Of a stretch of 64,000 bases of DNA, positions 50,501-60,572 are shown in pieces. Position numbers and translations under genes: made by a program. The notes under the pieces were generated by a model that did not search any database, had not been told where the DNA came from, and saw nothing but the letters and a program-made list of their open reading frames with translations. The stretch's first letter is position 1. Each line of letters starts with the position of its first letter. The DNA lies in the IMG/VR virus record IMGVR_UViG_2061766007_000015, positions 9,636 through 73,635 of that record. The stretch is one strand, 5' to 3'. This DNA comes from a virus (lineage: Duplodnaviria; Caudoviricetes).

Positions 50501-50874
50501 TATGCTCTCTGTAATTCCGTAACCTTTTGAAGTTCGTCTTCCAAGGCTTTATATGGTGCAGTTAACTGTTCCGTAACTCTATTGCCCATAGCCTGATTAC
50601 TGTTATATACCCGCATAAACTCAGCACTGGCTTTAGCCACTTTACGAGCCTGGTCATACATGGGCTTAGTAATATCCGTAGACCCTGCAAGAACTTTTTT
50701 CTGCATTTCTGCAAAATTCTTGAGGTTTGCCTGAGCATGATTGAGTGCGTCACTCAGTTCTTTTTCCAAAGTCTTACCAGTAACAGATGAGGCTTTGGTT
50801 ATTTTATTAAACAGACTTTCCGCATTAGACGAAAACTCCATATCAAATGAAATTACGTTTTTTCTTCTTGCCAT
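47593..50874 (-). CDS. Tape measure protein
   Basis: 1093 aa, helical, LLGIDELNVL, IPYLAQGAVIPPN. Confidence 0.9.
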   Translation of the reverse strand: MARRKNVISFDMEFSSNAESLFNKITKASSVTGKTLEKELSDALNHAQANLKNFAEMQKKVLAGSTDITKPMYDQARKVAKASAEFMRVYNSNQAMGNRVTEQLTAPYKALEDELQKVTELQRAYEKAQSQSKQNVNAVRAVETYEANRKEIEAVIAQEEKYQKYIERTEKAIDTLKAKLKAKNDEARQWEIANVGNKDAVNPFKTVNVELDSHIQGWRKAIENTRNKIAELKAPYVDIINAYKRALIDLDSQGLKPTTDLVEKEVLAIFEQNKAIKNNIQQIDALKNAQEDLARTDGKFAYVGIAPEVDNRVRELATDMFALEREAQAVNAPTEKIEKNTKNIGKNTKQAALLMRSFANAIRHASTHHSKLHKSSKGLFADTRKGFRNALRNIMRYGIGVRSLYFLFRRLRNATKEAFKIMAQEIPEVNQQVSSLVTNFNLVKANLATMVQPLLKWVVPAFDRLAHAAQTAMEWVGKLFATITGQGYIYRASSAWVDYADSVNGAAKAVNNLLGIDELNVLNDNKSSGSGTFSPENIGYELVEVGEGIFAKLKEAWENADFTEIGQILATKFKNALLTVQNNLPGIEDFCNKVALSLATGINGAVDRNINLGYTIGETIAKLIGVGIRSITLFFNTVNWEDVGTFVAEGINGFVENINPEDLAGFINAVIEGIETALITAVTRINWSRIVQVFKDTWTNFSTTSKVTLILLPIVWTLGKMIVGFTSALLSTKLATALGGASAGVAAMHGIATGGALIALGILAAVTISIFGKLGKLYLESDFHRNMSTTLEKMIGLNPEKTTTGGKHFVVDFVDNIVDNFKTVFGLKQADGEKIVEDSVGAWVAGAQDDIITTFGDIVYDLVDEIADSGTHAGEGFVEGLQSVDMPYKASKEFEEMTDSVEKRLQIHSPSKVFRQIGQHVIDGFLLPFNSGFIGQFTSIWQKLTVAVKAPINTMITYLNRFVEAVQTMQNSVADAFNTFNFDVPDVLGGGKVAMNLTRWSAPKIPYLAQGAVIPPNNQFLAVLGDQKQGTNIEAPLSTIQEAVATVLEPYLRQIADNTQILTEKDYGTYIGDREIAMASARGSSQLGLPLIR

Positions 50875-50879
50875 AGCCT

Positions 50880-51473
50880 CTACTCCTTCTTATTCCAAAG
50901 TGACCGAACATACTCATCCATAGCAAGTTCGTCGGCTGTTTTACTGTTCCAGTTAAAGTACTGAGGATTGTCTGCTTTGAATCGTTTTTCGTAATCCTCA
51001 AGTTTCTTACCATTTATCATTTTATTTCTAATACCCACTACAGTAGATAACACACTTTCTCCTACTGACAGATAGTAACCCATAAATGTGAACCAATGAA
51101 TGTATTCAACACTTCTTACTTCCATATGGGCCACATTATTTATTGCGGCAACTATAATTTGCTCATCACCTTTCCAATCTAAGAGTTTTCGATTAGTATT
51201 GCAACCAACTCCCTCAGGTTGATTACAATTGAAAAACTTGAACATCTCTTTAGATAACTCAGTGAGTGTGTCCTCATCATACTGTGCTAGGTCATCAAAG
51301 TCGTTAAACTCGTTGTAGAATATTAACAAAGAAGCGAGGACTCTTTCGTCCTCGCTCAACTCTGCGTCCTCTATTGCCTCGAAACATCTAAGAACTACTC
51401 TGTAGTCCCCTCGGTCGGTTATCGAGAACTGCCTGCCGTCAGCAATTGTTATGGCTGTAGGTAAACCGTACAT
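50880..51473 (-). CDS. Gp15-like tail assembly chaperone
   Basis: DYRVVL, D...IVAA, IHWFTF, VVGIR. Confidence 0.7.
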   Translation of the reverse strand: MYGLPTAITIADGRQFSITDRGDYRVVLRCFEAIEDAELSEDERVLASLLIFYNEFNDFDDLAQYDEDTLTELSKEMFKFFNCNQPEGVGCNTNRKLLDWKGDEQIIVAAINNVAHMEVRSVEYIHWFTFMGYYLSVGESVLSTVVGIRNKMINGKKLEDYEKRFKADNPQYFNWNSKTADELAMDEYVRSLWNKKE

Positions 51474-51481
51474 ACAACTCC

Positions 51482-52015
51482 TTATTTCTTAGCCTTAGCG
51501 TATTTATTAACCTTATCCCGTAACTTTTTGTATTCCGACTTAATGTTGTCAGAATACATATTCATAAATTTTTCGATAACATAATCATATCGAAACTGGC
51601 CGTCAAGCAAGTCGTACATTGTACCGCCGTCAGTACACTTGGATGAAACATCGCCGTCAAATACAAAGTCGATGATTTCACACATTTCCTTGTTGATTTC
51701 ATCCAGGTCTTTTGCAAAAGACTTAAGCGCCTTATCCGGGTCATCTTCTTTAGCCGCGTTCTGTCCTATAGCAATTGCTTTTTCCTGCAACTTGTTAAGT
51801 CGAGGTGTAGCCTCAGAGATACGAGATACAATTCCCATATCTGAGATATTAAGTTCGATTATAAGGCGATTGTCTCCGTTGAGTCGAAACTTCTTACGCT
51901 TAATCGGAGTCAGGTCGATATCGATTATATCTTCAACCGGTGCTTCGATTGGAGTTTCAACCTTTTTAGCCTTTGTTGATACCTCTTTGGTATCCTGAGC
52001 AGTTGTCTTAATCAT
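51482..52015 (-). CDS. Tail assembly chaperone
   Basis: Between the tail tube and Gp15-like genes. Confidence 0.55.
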   Translation of the reverse strand: MIKTTAQDTKEVSTKAKKVETPIEAPVEDIIDIDLTPIKRKKFRLNGDNRLIIELNISDMGIVSRISEATPRLNKLQEKAIAIGQNAAKEDDPDKALKSFAKDLDEINKEMCEIIDFVFDGDVSSKCTDGGTMYDLLDGQFRYDYVIEKFMNMYSDNIKSEYKKLRDKVNKYAKAKK

Positions 52016-52033
52016 GCTATTTCTCCTTTACTC

Positions 52034-52705
52034 TTAAATGTCCTGCGTAAACTCAAAGTTATCTGCGAGTACATCAACTTTACCAGTAACAAGGTCGTTA
52101 CTGAAATATGCTGTGATGGGCATATTAACGTTTACATCGCCGCCGATAGAGTTATAAAGGATAGTGCAGTTAACGTGCTTTTCTGCTTCATAACCTTCGA
52201 CGCTGTTACCGATAAACGCTGTGATGATGTACAGAGTGAACTGGTTAAGTTCTGTAATGGCATTTCTTCTACGAATGTCATTAAGTTTTGCACCCAACTT
52301 ACTGCCGCCAAGAACGAGGTAGGGGTCAAATTCCTGCTGAGGCTGAGTCTTAGTTAAGTCACTAAAGTTATGACCTCTGATATCAGTAGAAGTCTCGATA
52401 TCACCGTTGTAGTCGATGCTGGAATCAGGAGTTCTTGTACCAAGAATCTCTCTTTCCGTAACAGCCTCATAGTAAGTGTTGGTAGCAAAAGTAGGAGCCT
52501 CAGTAAAAGCGTTCTTGATGTACACGTTATCATTCTTAGTGTAATAATCATTGTACTTAGTCGACCAATCTGAAGGAGCAGAAGTTAACAAATTGTATTC
52601 ATTCCACTCGGCTACAGTAAGGAGCGACTTACGCTCGGCTCTCTGACCTTCAGCCAGATTAAACTGTTTAACACTCATGTTGTTTCTCCTTTCAACTATC
52701 CCCAA
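52034..52705 (-). CDS. Major tail (tube) protein; start probably MSVKQF
   Basis: Position; SSIDYN.DIETSTDIRG pattern. Confidence 0.7.
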   Translation of the reverse strand: MGIVERRNNMSVKQFNLAEGQRAERKSLLTVAEWNEYNLLTSAPSDWSTKYNDYYTKNDNVYIKNAFTEAPTFATNTYYEAVTEREILGTRTPDSSIDYNGDIETSTDIRGHNFSDLTKTQPQQEFDPYLVLGGSKLGAKLNDIRRRNAITELNQFTLYIITAFIGNSVEGYEAEKHVNCTILYNSIGGDVNVNMPITAYFSNDLVTGKVDVLADNFEFTQDI

Positions 52706-54493
52706 ATTTTATTTGAGGTGTCAAGATATGTTATTCGTATAACAACTTGGTACTGTGCTAACGGAGGCTGTACTTCATTATTTACGCCCCGTAAAGTAGG
52801 TCGATTTGTAGTTGGTTCTACACTATCTATTATACACGATGTACCAAAATTTGGAAATACTTTATTTTTATTTTGTGTTACAAGCCAATCAATTAATTCC
52901 TGAATGTCTGAAACATCAGCAACATTCGCATCCACTAAGTTGTCAACTTTGACTATGGGATTGTACGTAACAGCCTTGTAGATGAGCATAGTGAAAGTAA
53001 ATACCTTCATAACACTTCCGTCTATATAGGTCTCATCTAAGATAGTGTCATCTCCATGAGTAACTATCTGTGTGCTGTTGTCCGACTCTTCTGCAAAGTT
53101 GAAAAATAAGGAGTTACCACTTACAGCAGGATAGTTCAATAGATATTCAATTACTGCTTGATTTTTATCCATCTCATTCTCCTTTGTAAATGTGGTCTAG
53201 AATTATGTTTGAGATTTCCTTAAATACTTCGTCATCATAACTAATGTCGTAAGCGTAGGTGTAATTATACATGCTGTATTGGCCGTAATCTCGGTCGTAT
53301 TCGTCTATAGGTGAGATTGTAATACCTTCTGGACCTATCGAACTATATGCGTAATGAGTTTTACCTGTACGTTGACTAGTATACGCTTTACCATTTACGC
53401 CATTACCGCCGTGTCTAACTGCTTCTAACGACGCTTTTGTAGCACCAGTATCAGGACCCTTCGGCTCTAAAAACGTTTTAGAATCAGCAACATCTCGGTA
53501 GATTGCGAGTCGTATCTCAGGGTCTTGCGTTGAAGCGTATATACCCTTTTTTGTTCTTCGTAGGGTATTTACAAAATCACGAAAGTCTAAATGAACTCTG
53601 CTTCCCATACTACTCACCTTCTACGTAATAATGCTCATTACATCTTCCACCACCGACATTTATTACGAATTTGGATACTACTAAGCATCCGTCTAAACCT
53701 TTGTATTTCTTTAATAAATCGTTTGACCTGTAGCCTTGTGAATACTCGTTTATCTCATCTAAGGATTCACCTTTGACAATTATATCACCCTTGGTTAGGG
53801 TGAAGTGCTCTGCTTTGGCTTCATTAGAAAGTTCTATCCATTCGCTTCTTGTAAGAAATGCTGAGTCTTTGCGGATACGACAAATAATGTCATTTGTGCC
53901 AACAACTACGTTGTTAACCGCAATTTTATTACCAGTATCTTTCCAAAAAGCATTGTGGATAACATGCCTAAACCATGTAACCAATTGGGTTGTAGGGTCT
54001 GTATACTTATTGTACACAGTAAGAGTTTCGTTCCACCAAGATGCATAAAAGTTAGCCATTACTCACCTGGGTATAAGCCCCGATAGGTTAGTGACTGACC
54101 AAGACTATTCTTTAAGCCATTCAGATACATTCTAACCATATCGCCTAACTTCTTGTCATTGGTATATTCCATGATTGAACTTGCTGACAGACTGTTAAAC
54201 TCAATGGATACTCCATCGTTTGCCTGTCGTGTGATTGCTCCACCGGTTACTTCACCGATCTCATTAACAAAATTGTTACTCAAAGCATCCATACGAGCCT
54301 GAATCATATTGATAAGAACATACATCAGACGGGTTAACGCTTCGGGATATTCAATTTCATCTTTGAGCCGGTTAAATGTAACCCAATTCACTACACACTC
54401 AGCAATAAACTCGTATTCATTAAAGGTGGCTTCTGCTAATGTTCCACCCATATTCTGATAAACTTCATACGTTAAAAACATAGCATCTGCCAC
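52696..54493 (-). CDS. Four head-tail joining genes (52696-53172, 53174-53617, 53610-54059, 54059-54493)
   Basis: Canonical synteny between capsid and tail tube; FLTYEVYQNMGG and DGVSIEF in the connector. Confidence 0.65.
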
Positions 54494-54508
54494 CTTTCCT
54501 GTGTCTTA

Positions 54509-55861
54509 TTAACCGAGGGAGATGATTCTCGCAATCGGAATTGCCTTTGTGCTGATGTATTCCTTTGTAGCACCACCGGTGTTTACAAGTTCCCAGTTAG
54601 CGCCGTTCTCAAGTTCTGCCTTAGTAGGAGAAAGAGTTGACATAACGGACTTAGTAAAGGAAATACCATAAGGTGCCCAGCACTTACGCTGTCTGGTGTA
54701 AAGAGTATCTTCACCACCGTTGGTCTTGGGGTCTCTGGACATTTCATAAGGAGTCTTTGCACCACAGTTGGTGTACTCAATAGCGCCATCGCCAAGAACG
54801 AAAGTAGTGTATACAGGAACACCAGCCGGCTCTGTAGTTGTAGCAGCCGTGATGGTTGTTGCAGTTGAGGTTGTAGAAACTGCAGGCTGGCCTGTGCCGT
54901 ACTTACCAGACTTTTCGGTAAGAGTAAGGGTTGCGCCATCTCTTGCTACAGAATAGTTAGCATCACTTCCGAGAGCAGTTGCAAGGGATGTTGCAATACC
55001 AGTAGGTGTCTTTGTATCAGCAGATGCAACTGTATAAGTTGTACCAGCGACTGTGAACTTATCACCTTCAGAAGCGTTTGAGCCAGCAAGTGTTACTGTG
55101 TAAACACCAGCGCCAGTATAGTTAACTCTTACAGGCATAGAGTCATCAATGAGAACTGTTCTGCCGTTAAGAGTTGCAAGAGCCGCTTCTCTCTGCATGC
55201 CGTTAGCATCGTTGTACTTAAGGTATACAAGAATCTTCATGTTCTCAAGGTTGGTTGCAACTGCGGAGTGCATGATTGCAAGAGAGAACTTATTCTTGTG
55301 GTCACCACAAGCCTTCTGAATACCAGTGTTAAGGGATGTAGCATCCATCTTACCAGTAACGCCTTCGCTGTTCTGAACTGCGGTAATGTCGTGGGTATGA
55401 GACTGTACAAACTTAAGACCTTCTGCATCACTCATAGAGAATACACCCTTGAGGATAGCAACGATAGTATCCTGGTCAATCTCTTCCCAATACTCAGCCA
55501 ACTGCTGTGCAACGTTCTCCATGAAATCAACGCCACCGGTGATATCATATGAGAAGTCTTTCTCAGTCCAAGCGTGAGCACGACCTACAACAACTCTGGA
55601 GTGCTGGAAGGTCTTGGTAGAACTTGTGGTAATGTCTGTAACGCCATCGTAGTTGTCAGGTACTGCGCCGCTGATTAAGCCCTTAAGGGGAGTAGTAATG
55701 TAGTTACCACCAACCTGGTCAGCCATAGCCGTTGCTAAATCCTGTCTTGATACGATTGCTCTGGACTTAACGAGTTCGTTAAGTTTGGTGTTGGGAATGC
55801 GGTCCATATACTTCTGGAAAACTTCCGCATTAAACACCTTGGAATCAAAAAAACTATTCAT
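54509..55861 (-). CDS. Major capsid protein with an internal ~100-aa insertion
   Basis: FDSKVFNAEVF, RAHAWTEKDF, MHSAVATNLE, GGEDTLYTR, IPIARIIS. Confidence 0.9.
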   Translation of the reverse strand: MNSFFDSKVFNAEVFQKYMDRIPNTKLNELVKSRAIVSRQDLATAMADQVGGNYITTPLKGLISGAVPDNYDGVTDITTSSTKTFQHSRVVVGRAHAWTEKDFSYDITGGVDFMENVAQQLAEYWEEIDQDTIVAILKGVFSMSDAEGLKFVQSHTHDITAVQNSEGVTGKMDATSLNTGIQKACGDHKNKFSLAIMHSAVATNLENMKILVYLKYNDANGMQREAALATLNGRTVLIDDSMPVRVNYTGAGVYTVTLAGSNASEGDKFTVAGTTYTVASADTKTPTGIATSLATALGSDANYSVARDGATLTLTEKSGKYGTGQPAVSTTSTATTITAATTTEPAGVPVYTTFVLGDGAIEYTNCGAKTPYEMSRDPKTNGGEDTLYTRQRKCWAPYGISFTKSVMSTLSPTKAELENGANWELVNTGGATKEYISTKAIPIARIISLG

Positions 55862-55883
55862 CTTGTTCTCCTTTGTTTAAAAT

Positions 55884-56549
55884 TTAGAAGTCGAGTTTGA
55901 CTTCCGGGTTTGCGTTCTGCATAGCCATCATTTCTGACAAAGTGTACTTTTTGCCACCAGGATTTCCACCAGTGGGTTCTACGAATCTTGGTACGTTTGG
56001 GTCAGCAGGTGCAGGTGTAGGCTCTGCGGGTGCTACAAAAGCATCTGCATTGTCTGCCTTATACTTGTCTGCGAAGTCCTCAGCACCTAAAATCTTATCG
56101 CCGTCCATCTTTAACTCTGCCTTACGTAACTGGTCGATGAAGTCTCTCTTTGCGGCACCACTAGAAAATTCCTTAGTGTTAGCAAACTCTTTAACTGCAA
56201 AGTCATAAGCCTGAGTCTTGAGTTGAGCCTTGTATGCCTTGGTATCATCGTCATACTTAGTCTGTAACTTGGTAAGGTCATCGGTAAGTTCCTGTAACTT
56301 AGAAGAACTATCACCTGCTTCTGCAAGTTTAGTCTTAAGAGTATCCAAGTCCTTATCTCTGTCTGTGATGGTTTTATTCAGAGTTTCAATCTGTCCATCT
56401 TTTGCGGCGAGTTCGTCCTCGTACTTCTTCTGTGACACATATTCACCAGTTGTCAAGTCCTTAAACTTAGCATCTTTGGTAAGTTCTGAGAACTGCTCAT
56501 AGGTGAGAGTGCCATTTTCGGCTTTGTCAAAAACCTCTTTGATTGTCAT
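55884..56549 (-). CDS. Capsid scaffolding protein
   Basis: YVSQKKY, coiled coil, C-terminal Pro/Gly tail; upstream of the capsid gene. Confidence 0.8.
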   Translation of the reverse strand: MTIKEVFDKAENGTLTYEQFSELTKDAKFKDLTTGEYVSQKKYEDELAAKDGQIETLNKTITDRDKDLDTLKTKLAEAGDSSSKLQELTDDLTKLQTKYDDDTKAYKAQLKTQAYDFAVKEFANTKEFSSGAAKRDFIDQLRKAELKMDGDKILGAEDFADKYKADNADAFVAPAEPTPAPADPNVPRFVEPTGGNPGGKKYTLSEMMAMQNANPEVKLDF

Positions 56550-56569
56550 TGTGCTACCTCCATCTTTTA

Positions 56570-56645
56570 TATCAGTTTAATGTTTAAGTGTGCAGGCACT
56601 GACTGCACTGGATGGGCCTAAAATTTATATGTTGTTAGGCACAAC
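56570..56645 (-). promoter_or_regulatory. Pseudoknot and hairpin leader upstream of the scaffold gene
   Basis: GTGCAG/CTGCAC stem with loop TCAGT pairing to downstream ACTGA. Confidence 0.45.
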
Positions 56646-56824
56646 CTTTATTCATAATTATTATATAACATTAATCCTGTTTGGTCAATACTTTTTTGCC
56701 TTTTTGTAAAATGAAAGCGGCACGTTATTGCTAACGTACCGCTTCACGGGGTATTGGGTTATATAGCACCTAAGACAACTGCTTGGCTAATATTATTATA
56801 GTATAGCAGGTATCCAGTGTCAAC

Positions 56825-58684
56825 TTATTTTTCGGGCTTCGGCATATTTTTAGCCTTCTGCTCATTAGTGGCTTTCACACCCGATAATGGATTCGATAAG
56901 TTATCTGCTTTAAAGGTTCCATCTTCCTGATTCTGAGCATCTTGTCCGAGTTGGTGCTGAGCCATCATATTAGTTTCAATAGCCTTCTTAGCCTCATCAT
57001 CGATATCCTGAAGAGCCTTCTTAGCCTGATTCTCAGTCTCGTTGAAGTACCACATACGAGTTTCAAGTTTAGAAGCAAGACCATTCTGTACAAGCGTAAG
57101 TCTTGTGGATAATTCAGTCTCAACATCTACTAAGATACTATCGTCCCACTCAAACGAACATTCATACTTTCCTTCGGGTGTAATCTTATACAATGAGCAG
57201 TAGGCATTCATTACATAGACAACATCCTTAAGGGCATCTTCAAGAGCCTGCTGAATATCAGCATTTGTGGAATAACTTCTCTGTCTGAGAATCTTTAACT
57301 CTGTGGCTGTCTTAGCCTCGTTTAAAGGTGTATTAGAGATAGTACCTCTACTCATGCCAGTACAATCTTCAATTCGGGTAAGAATTGCGTTTAAGCCATT
57401 AAGTAAAGAAACGTCTCTAAGTGCAGGAGCAAATACATTATAAGTTTCTTCGGAGTTAAGGTCTATCTTTCTGAATAGTCTTTCCTGTGCTACAGGTCTT
57501 ACTGTTCTATCGTTACCTTCCGCATCCTGTACAAGTTTTAAGGCATCTCTATCTACATCAATAGCAAGTTCGCCGCCTTCAAACTCCCAAAGCATACGAG
57601 AGTACTGCATATCTGCGTCCTTGATTAAGCTTACTACTCTACTATAACCAGATACACCTAAAGGGGAGTACGGGTCTATAATATTTGCTTCAGGCATCTT
57701 GAAGTATGCAAACAATAATCTATCTACACCTTCAAGAGTTGTTTCAGGCTGTAATCCTGACCAAGCAGGTATGTCTGTCAAGGGTACTTCTTTACCAAGC
57801 ATCTCATTACCGTAAGAATCTCTCTTGATTTCACCTGCGGTCGTTCTGTACGCCTTATTAATAATCGTACAACGCTTGCCCTCAAGTTTATGATATTCTA
57901 CTCTGGTATAGAGATAGTCTTTATCCACCATGCGCTGTAAAAACGCGGCTTCAAGCATCTTACCTGTAGAGTCAAACGAGATGGGATAGAAGTCACCTGC
58001 TTTGACATACTCAAATTCTATCTTAGCATGATAATCTTTCTCTTTCTCATCTTCTGACGAGTCATTTAACACTTCATTCTCGCTTATTTTGACTACTGTT
58101 TTATGCTTGTCGATACTTTTATCGACTGTGCTAGTTTCTGTCGCTTCTGAGTCAAATTTGAAGTCATCATCAAACACAGGAAAAGGCTTGATAATGAGAC
58201 CTCCGAGAGCAATTCCGTATTCAAGTTCTCTACGAATATTCTTTTTAACGGACTTAAACTGCTTCGCAAGGTAATCGGCTCTCTCAGTACTACCGATTGG
58301 AACATTTTCGGTAATCGTCATTGCGCCTTGTCCCATTGTAGGCATACCATTTTCATCAGTACTCGGAGCGACATAATCAGGATTAGGTTTCTCTACTTCT
58401 TTCATAGGCGCTGAGATTTCTACTTCCATTTCAAGAGTAGCCATTCTAGCCTTCTCACTCGCAATAAGAGATGGAAGTCCCAACGAAACAATACGAACGG
58501 GATTCTCTTTATCAGGTTCTCTTAGCCAAGGTGCTCGGTTTTCATACATCTTAGACCAGAGACCTATATTGGCAAACATAAGAGATGAAATCTCGTTCTT
58601 GATTTTAAGCGCATCTGTAACCGTCTTTGGTGAAATCATCTTATGCACTATCTCCTTTACTTTAGTAATAAACTTAGAAGGCAT
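56825..58684 (-). CDS. Portal protein (A118/SPP1-like)
   Basis: EYGIALGGLIIKP, SPLGVS, WEFEG, APALR, EWDDSI. Confidence 0.88.
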   Translation of the reverse strand: MPSKFITKVKEIVHKMISPKTVTDALKIKNEISSLMFANIGLWSKMYENRAPWLREPDKENPVRIVSLGLPSLIASEKARMATLEMEVEISAPMKEVEKPNPDYVAPSTDENGMPTMGQGAMTITENVPIGSTERADYLAKQFKSVKKNIRRELEYGIALGGLIIKPFPVFDDDFKFDSEATETSTVDKSIDKHKTVVKISENEVLNDSSEDEKEKDYHAKIEFEYVKAGDFYPISFDSTGKMLEAAFLQRMVDKDYLYTRVEYHKLEGKRCTIINKAYRTTAGEIKRDSYGNEMLGKEVPLTDIPAWSGLQPETTLEGVDRLLFAYFKMPEANIIDPYSPLGVSGYSRVVSLIKDADMQYSRMLWEFEGGELAIDVDRDALKLVQDAEGNDRTVRPVAQERLFRKIDLNSEETYNVFAPALRDVSLLNGLNAILTRIEDCTGMSRGTISNTPLNEAKTATELKILRQRSYSTNADIQQALEDALKDVVYVMNAYCSLYKITPEGKYECSFEWDDSILVDVETELSTRLTLVQNGLASKLETRMWYFNETENQAKKALQDIDDEAKKAIETNMMAQHQLGQDAQNQEDGTFKADNLSNPLSGVKATNEQKAKNMPKPEK

Positions 58685-58747
58685 ATTTATGCTCCTTTAC
58701 TCTTATTCCTAATTATATTGTAACACGTTGTTAAATGTTTCTCAATA

Positions 58748-60091
58748 TTAATTTCCTCTCCTCTTCCAGAAACGTTCAGTAGCGTATCTAACCGAGTCAA
58801 TTGAGTGGTTATTAACATCAGGATATCCGCTGATTATCTCATCGTCCTTATCTCGGTCGTATTCATACTCTACAAATTCCTTCAAAGTACCAGGACATCT
58901 TGCGGGGTCAATATAAATATGATTTAATGACTGTAACCATTTCATTGAATACACGATACTATCAGGTCCTTTCTCAGCAGGTCTACATCCATATCCACCA
59001 TAAGATTTATAGTCAGAGATTGATTTAGGTTCCGCCGAATCTGCTGTAAGAATCTCGGTACTTTCCATAAAATGCCGAGGTCTCGGGTGTTCTACATCAT
59101 AAATTCCATCTTCTCGCTCGGGAAAAAGCCACAATTCGTTGTAAAGTTTATCGTAAGTACCTCTGTTACTTACTTTATTGCAACGATACTCCGCAAAAAT
59201 GTATAAATCGCGGTGATTGGCATCGAAATACGACTTGGTAAACGCAAACGGGTCAGGGTACCAACCCCAGTCAATGCCATTGTATATCTGGTCGAAGGTT
59301 GCAATAAGCGAATCGGGCATAGGTAAAGGTACAACGTTCTCGAAAACATTACCGCCAGTACCAACTGGTATGCCTAAATACTCATGCTCGTAGGCTTTTG
59401 GATTGGTGCGCTTAAGGTCTTCGGCTTCATCGATGAAGGCTGGACCAAGCCACTCAGGAGGTACATCCAAGTAGGTATTTTTCATGGTATACGTGTTCTC
59501 ACGTCCCATGGCATCTACAAAGTACTGATTAGCCCAATTTAAGTTACTAATTGGCGGGTTAAAAGAACGAAAATCCCAAAACAACTCGCCGCCACGCATT
59601 GTAGACTGTAAAACTTTACGAATTTCAGCCTCGCCTGAGTATTGGTCAAGTTCTTCCCACCAGGTAATGCCTATATAGCCAAAAGGCAACTTAATTGACT
59701 TAATCTTATCAGGACTATCTAAGCCCATAAAGAGAATTTGCTGTCCTGTAGGCAAATAAACTATAGGATTGGCTATAGATTTTGGTATATGGAAGAAACT
59801 CTCAAGTCCTAACTTGTAAATTCCCCATACAATCTGTGACCAAACTGAGTTTTTGATGGTATTTCCGACTTTTCGGAACACACAGGCATGTACATTGGGA
59901 TAGTTTACGATTAAAAGGGGTGTTGCGATTGAAAAAAGCGATGATTTTGTTGAGCCACGGCCACCCGCATTAGTATAATGTGTGTGGCCATGTTTCAAAA
60001 TGTCCTGTAATTCATCAAAGAATTGACCAATTATGACCTCATGCATCTTTATATTGATTTGAGGTACAAATATTGGCTTAGGACTCGGCAT
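58748..60091 (-). CDS. terL: Terminase large subunit (PBSX family)
   Basis: GGRGSTKSS, FRKV, WEELDQ, SFNPP, GIDWGW, DSAEP, HSIDSVRYA. Confidence 0.93.
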   Translation of the reverse strand: MPSPKPIFVPQINIKMHEVIIGQFFDELQDILKHGHTHYTNAGGRGSTKSSLFSIATPLLIVNYPNVHACVFRKVGNTIKNSVWSQIVWGIYKLGLESFFHIPKSIANPIVYLPTGQQILFMGLDSPDKIKSIKLPFGYIGITWWEELDQYSGEAEIRKVLQSTMRGGELFWDFRSFNPPISNLNWANQYFVDAMGRENTYTMKNTYLDVPPEWLGPAFIDEAEDLKRTNPKAYEHEYLGIPVGTGGNVFENVVPLPMPDSLIATFDQIYNGIDWGWYPDPFAFTKSYFDANHRDLYIFAEYRCNKVSNRGTYDKLYNELWLFPEREDGIYDVEHPRPRHFMESTEILTADSAEPKSISDYKSYGGYGCRPAEKGPDSIVYSMKWLQSLNHIYIDPARCPGTLKEFVEYEYDRDKDDEIISGYPDVNNHSIDSVRYATERFWKRRGN

Positions 60092-60572
60092 TCATGCCTC
60101 CCCAATCTAATACTAACTTGATTTCCCTATTTTCGTCTGTAGCCTTAGCAGGTGCATCGATAATTCTCTTTGCAAGTTCTTTAGCCGCTGAGGTACGTTC
60201 TGAAAGTGGTGCATCTAAGCCAAACTGGTCTTTTTCATCGCCGCGCATTACCCTTGTAAAATACCCTAAAATTTCATTCGCATCTGCAATGGCTGTTTTA
60301 TCCATTTCCTCGATGCGGTATACGATTTCATCGTATATATATGGTTTGCTTAAAAGTGCTTTACCCTTTGCTCTGTAATGAGCATCGTCCTGCTTATTAG
60401 CCGATGGTGCAAATCCAGCAAGTTTTGTTGCTGAGACTAAATCACCATCCTTCATAAACTCATTAATGAACTTATGCTCCTTAAGAGACAATTTAGAACC
60501 CGAATGAGTGTAAAAGACCTGAACAGCACTGTTTGAGCCTCTTACCAACGCTTCTAATTCTTCTTTTGTCAT
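60078..60572 (-). CDS. terS: Terminase small subunit
   Basis: KFINEF...AGF, EILGYFTRVMRG, KELAKR. Confidence 0.75.
   Translation of the reverse strand: MTKEELEALVRGSNSAVQVFYTHSGSKLSLKEHKFINEFMKDGDLVSATKLAGFAPSANKQDDAHYRAKGKALLSKPYIYDEIVYRIEEMDKTAIADANEILGYFTRVMRGDEKDQFGLDAPLSERTSAAKELAKRIIDAPAKATDENREIKLVLDWGGMNAES

Noticed and set aside
51473-51510. Programmed frameshift between the tail chaperone genes
   Set aside because: No slippery heptamer at the end of 51482-52015, and the downstream gene has its own RBS and ATG.
13074-60091. Introns or inteins in recA, polA, dnaB or terL
   Set aside because: All are uninterrupted, of normal length, with conserved motifs at expected spacing.
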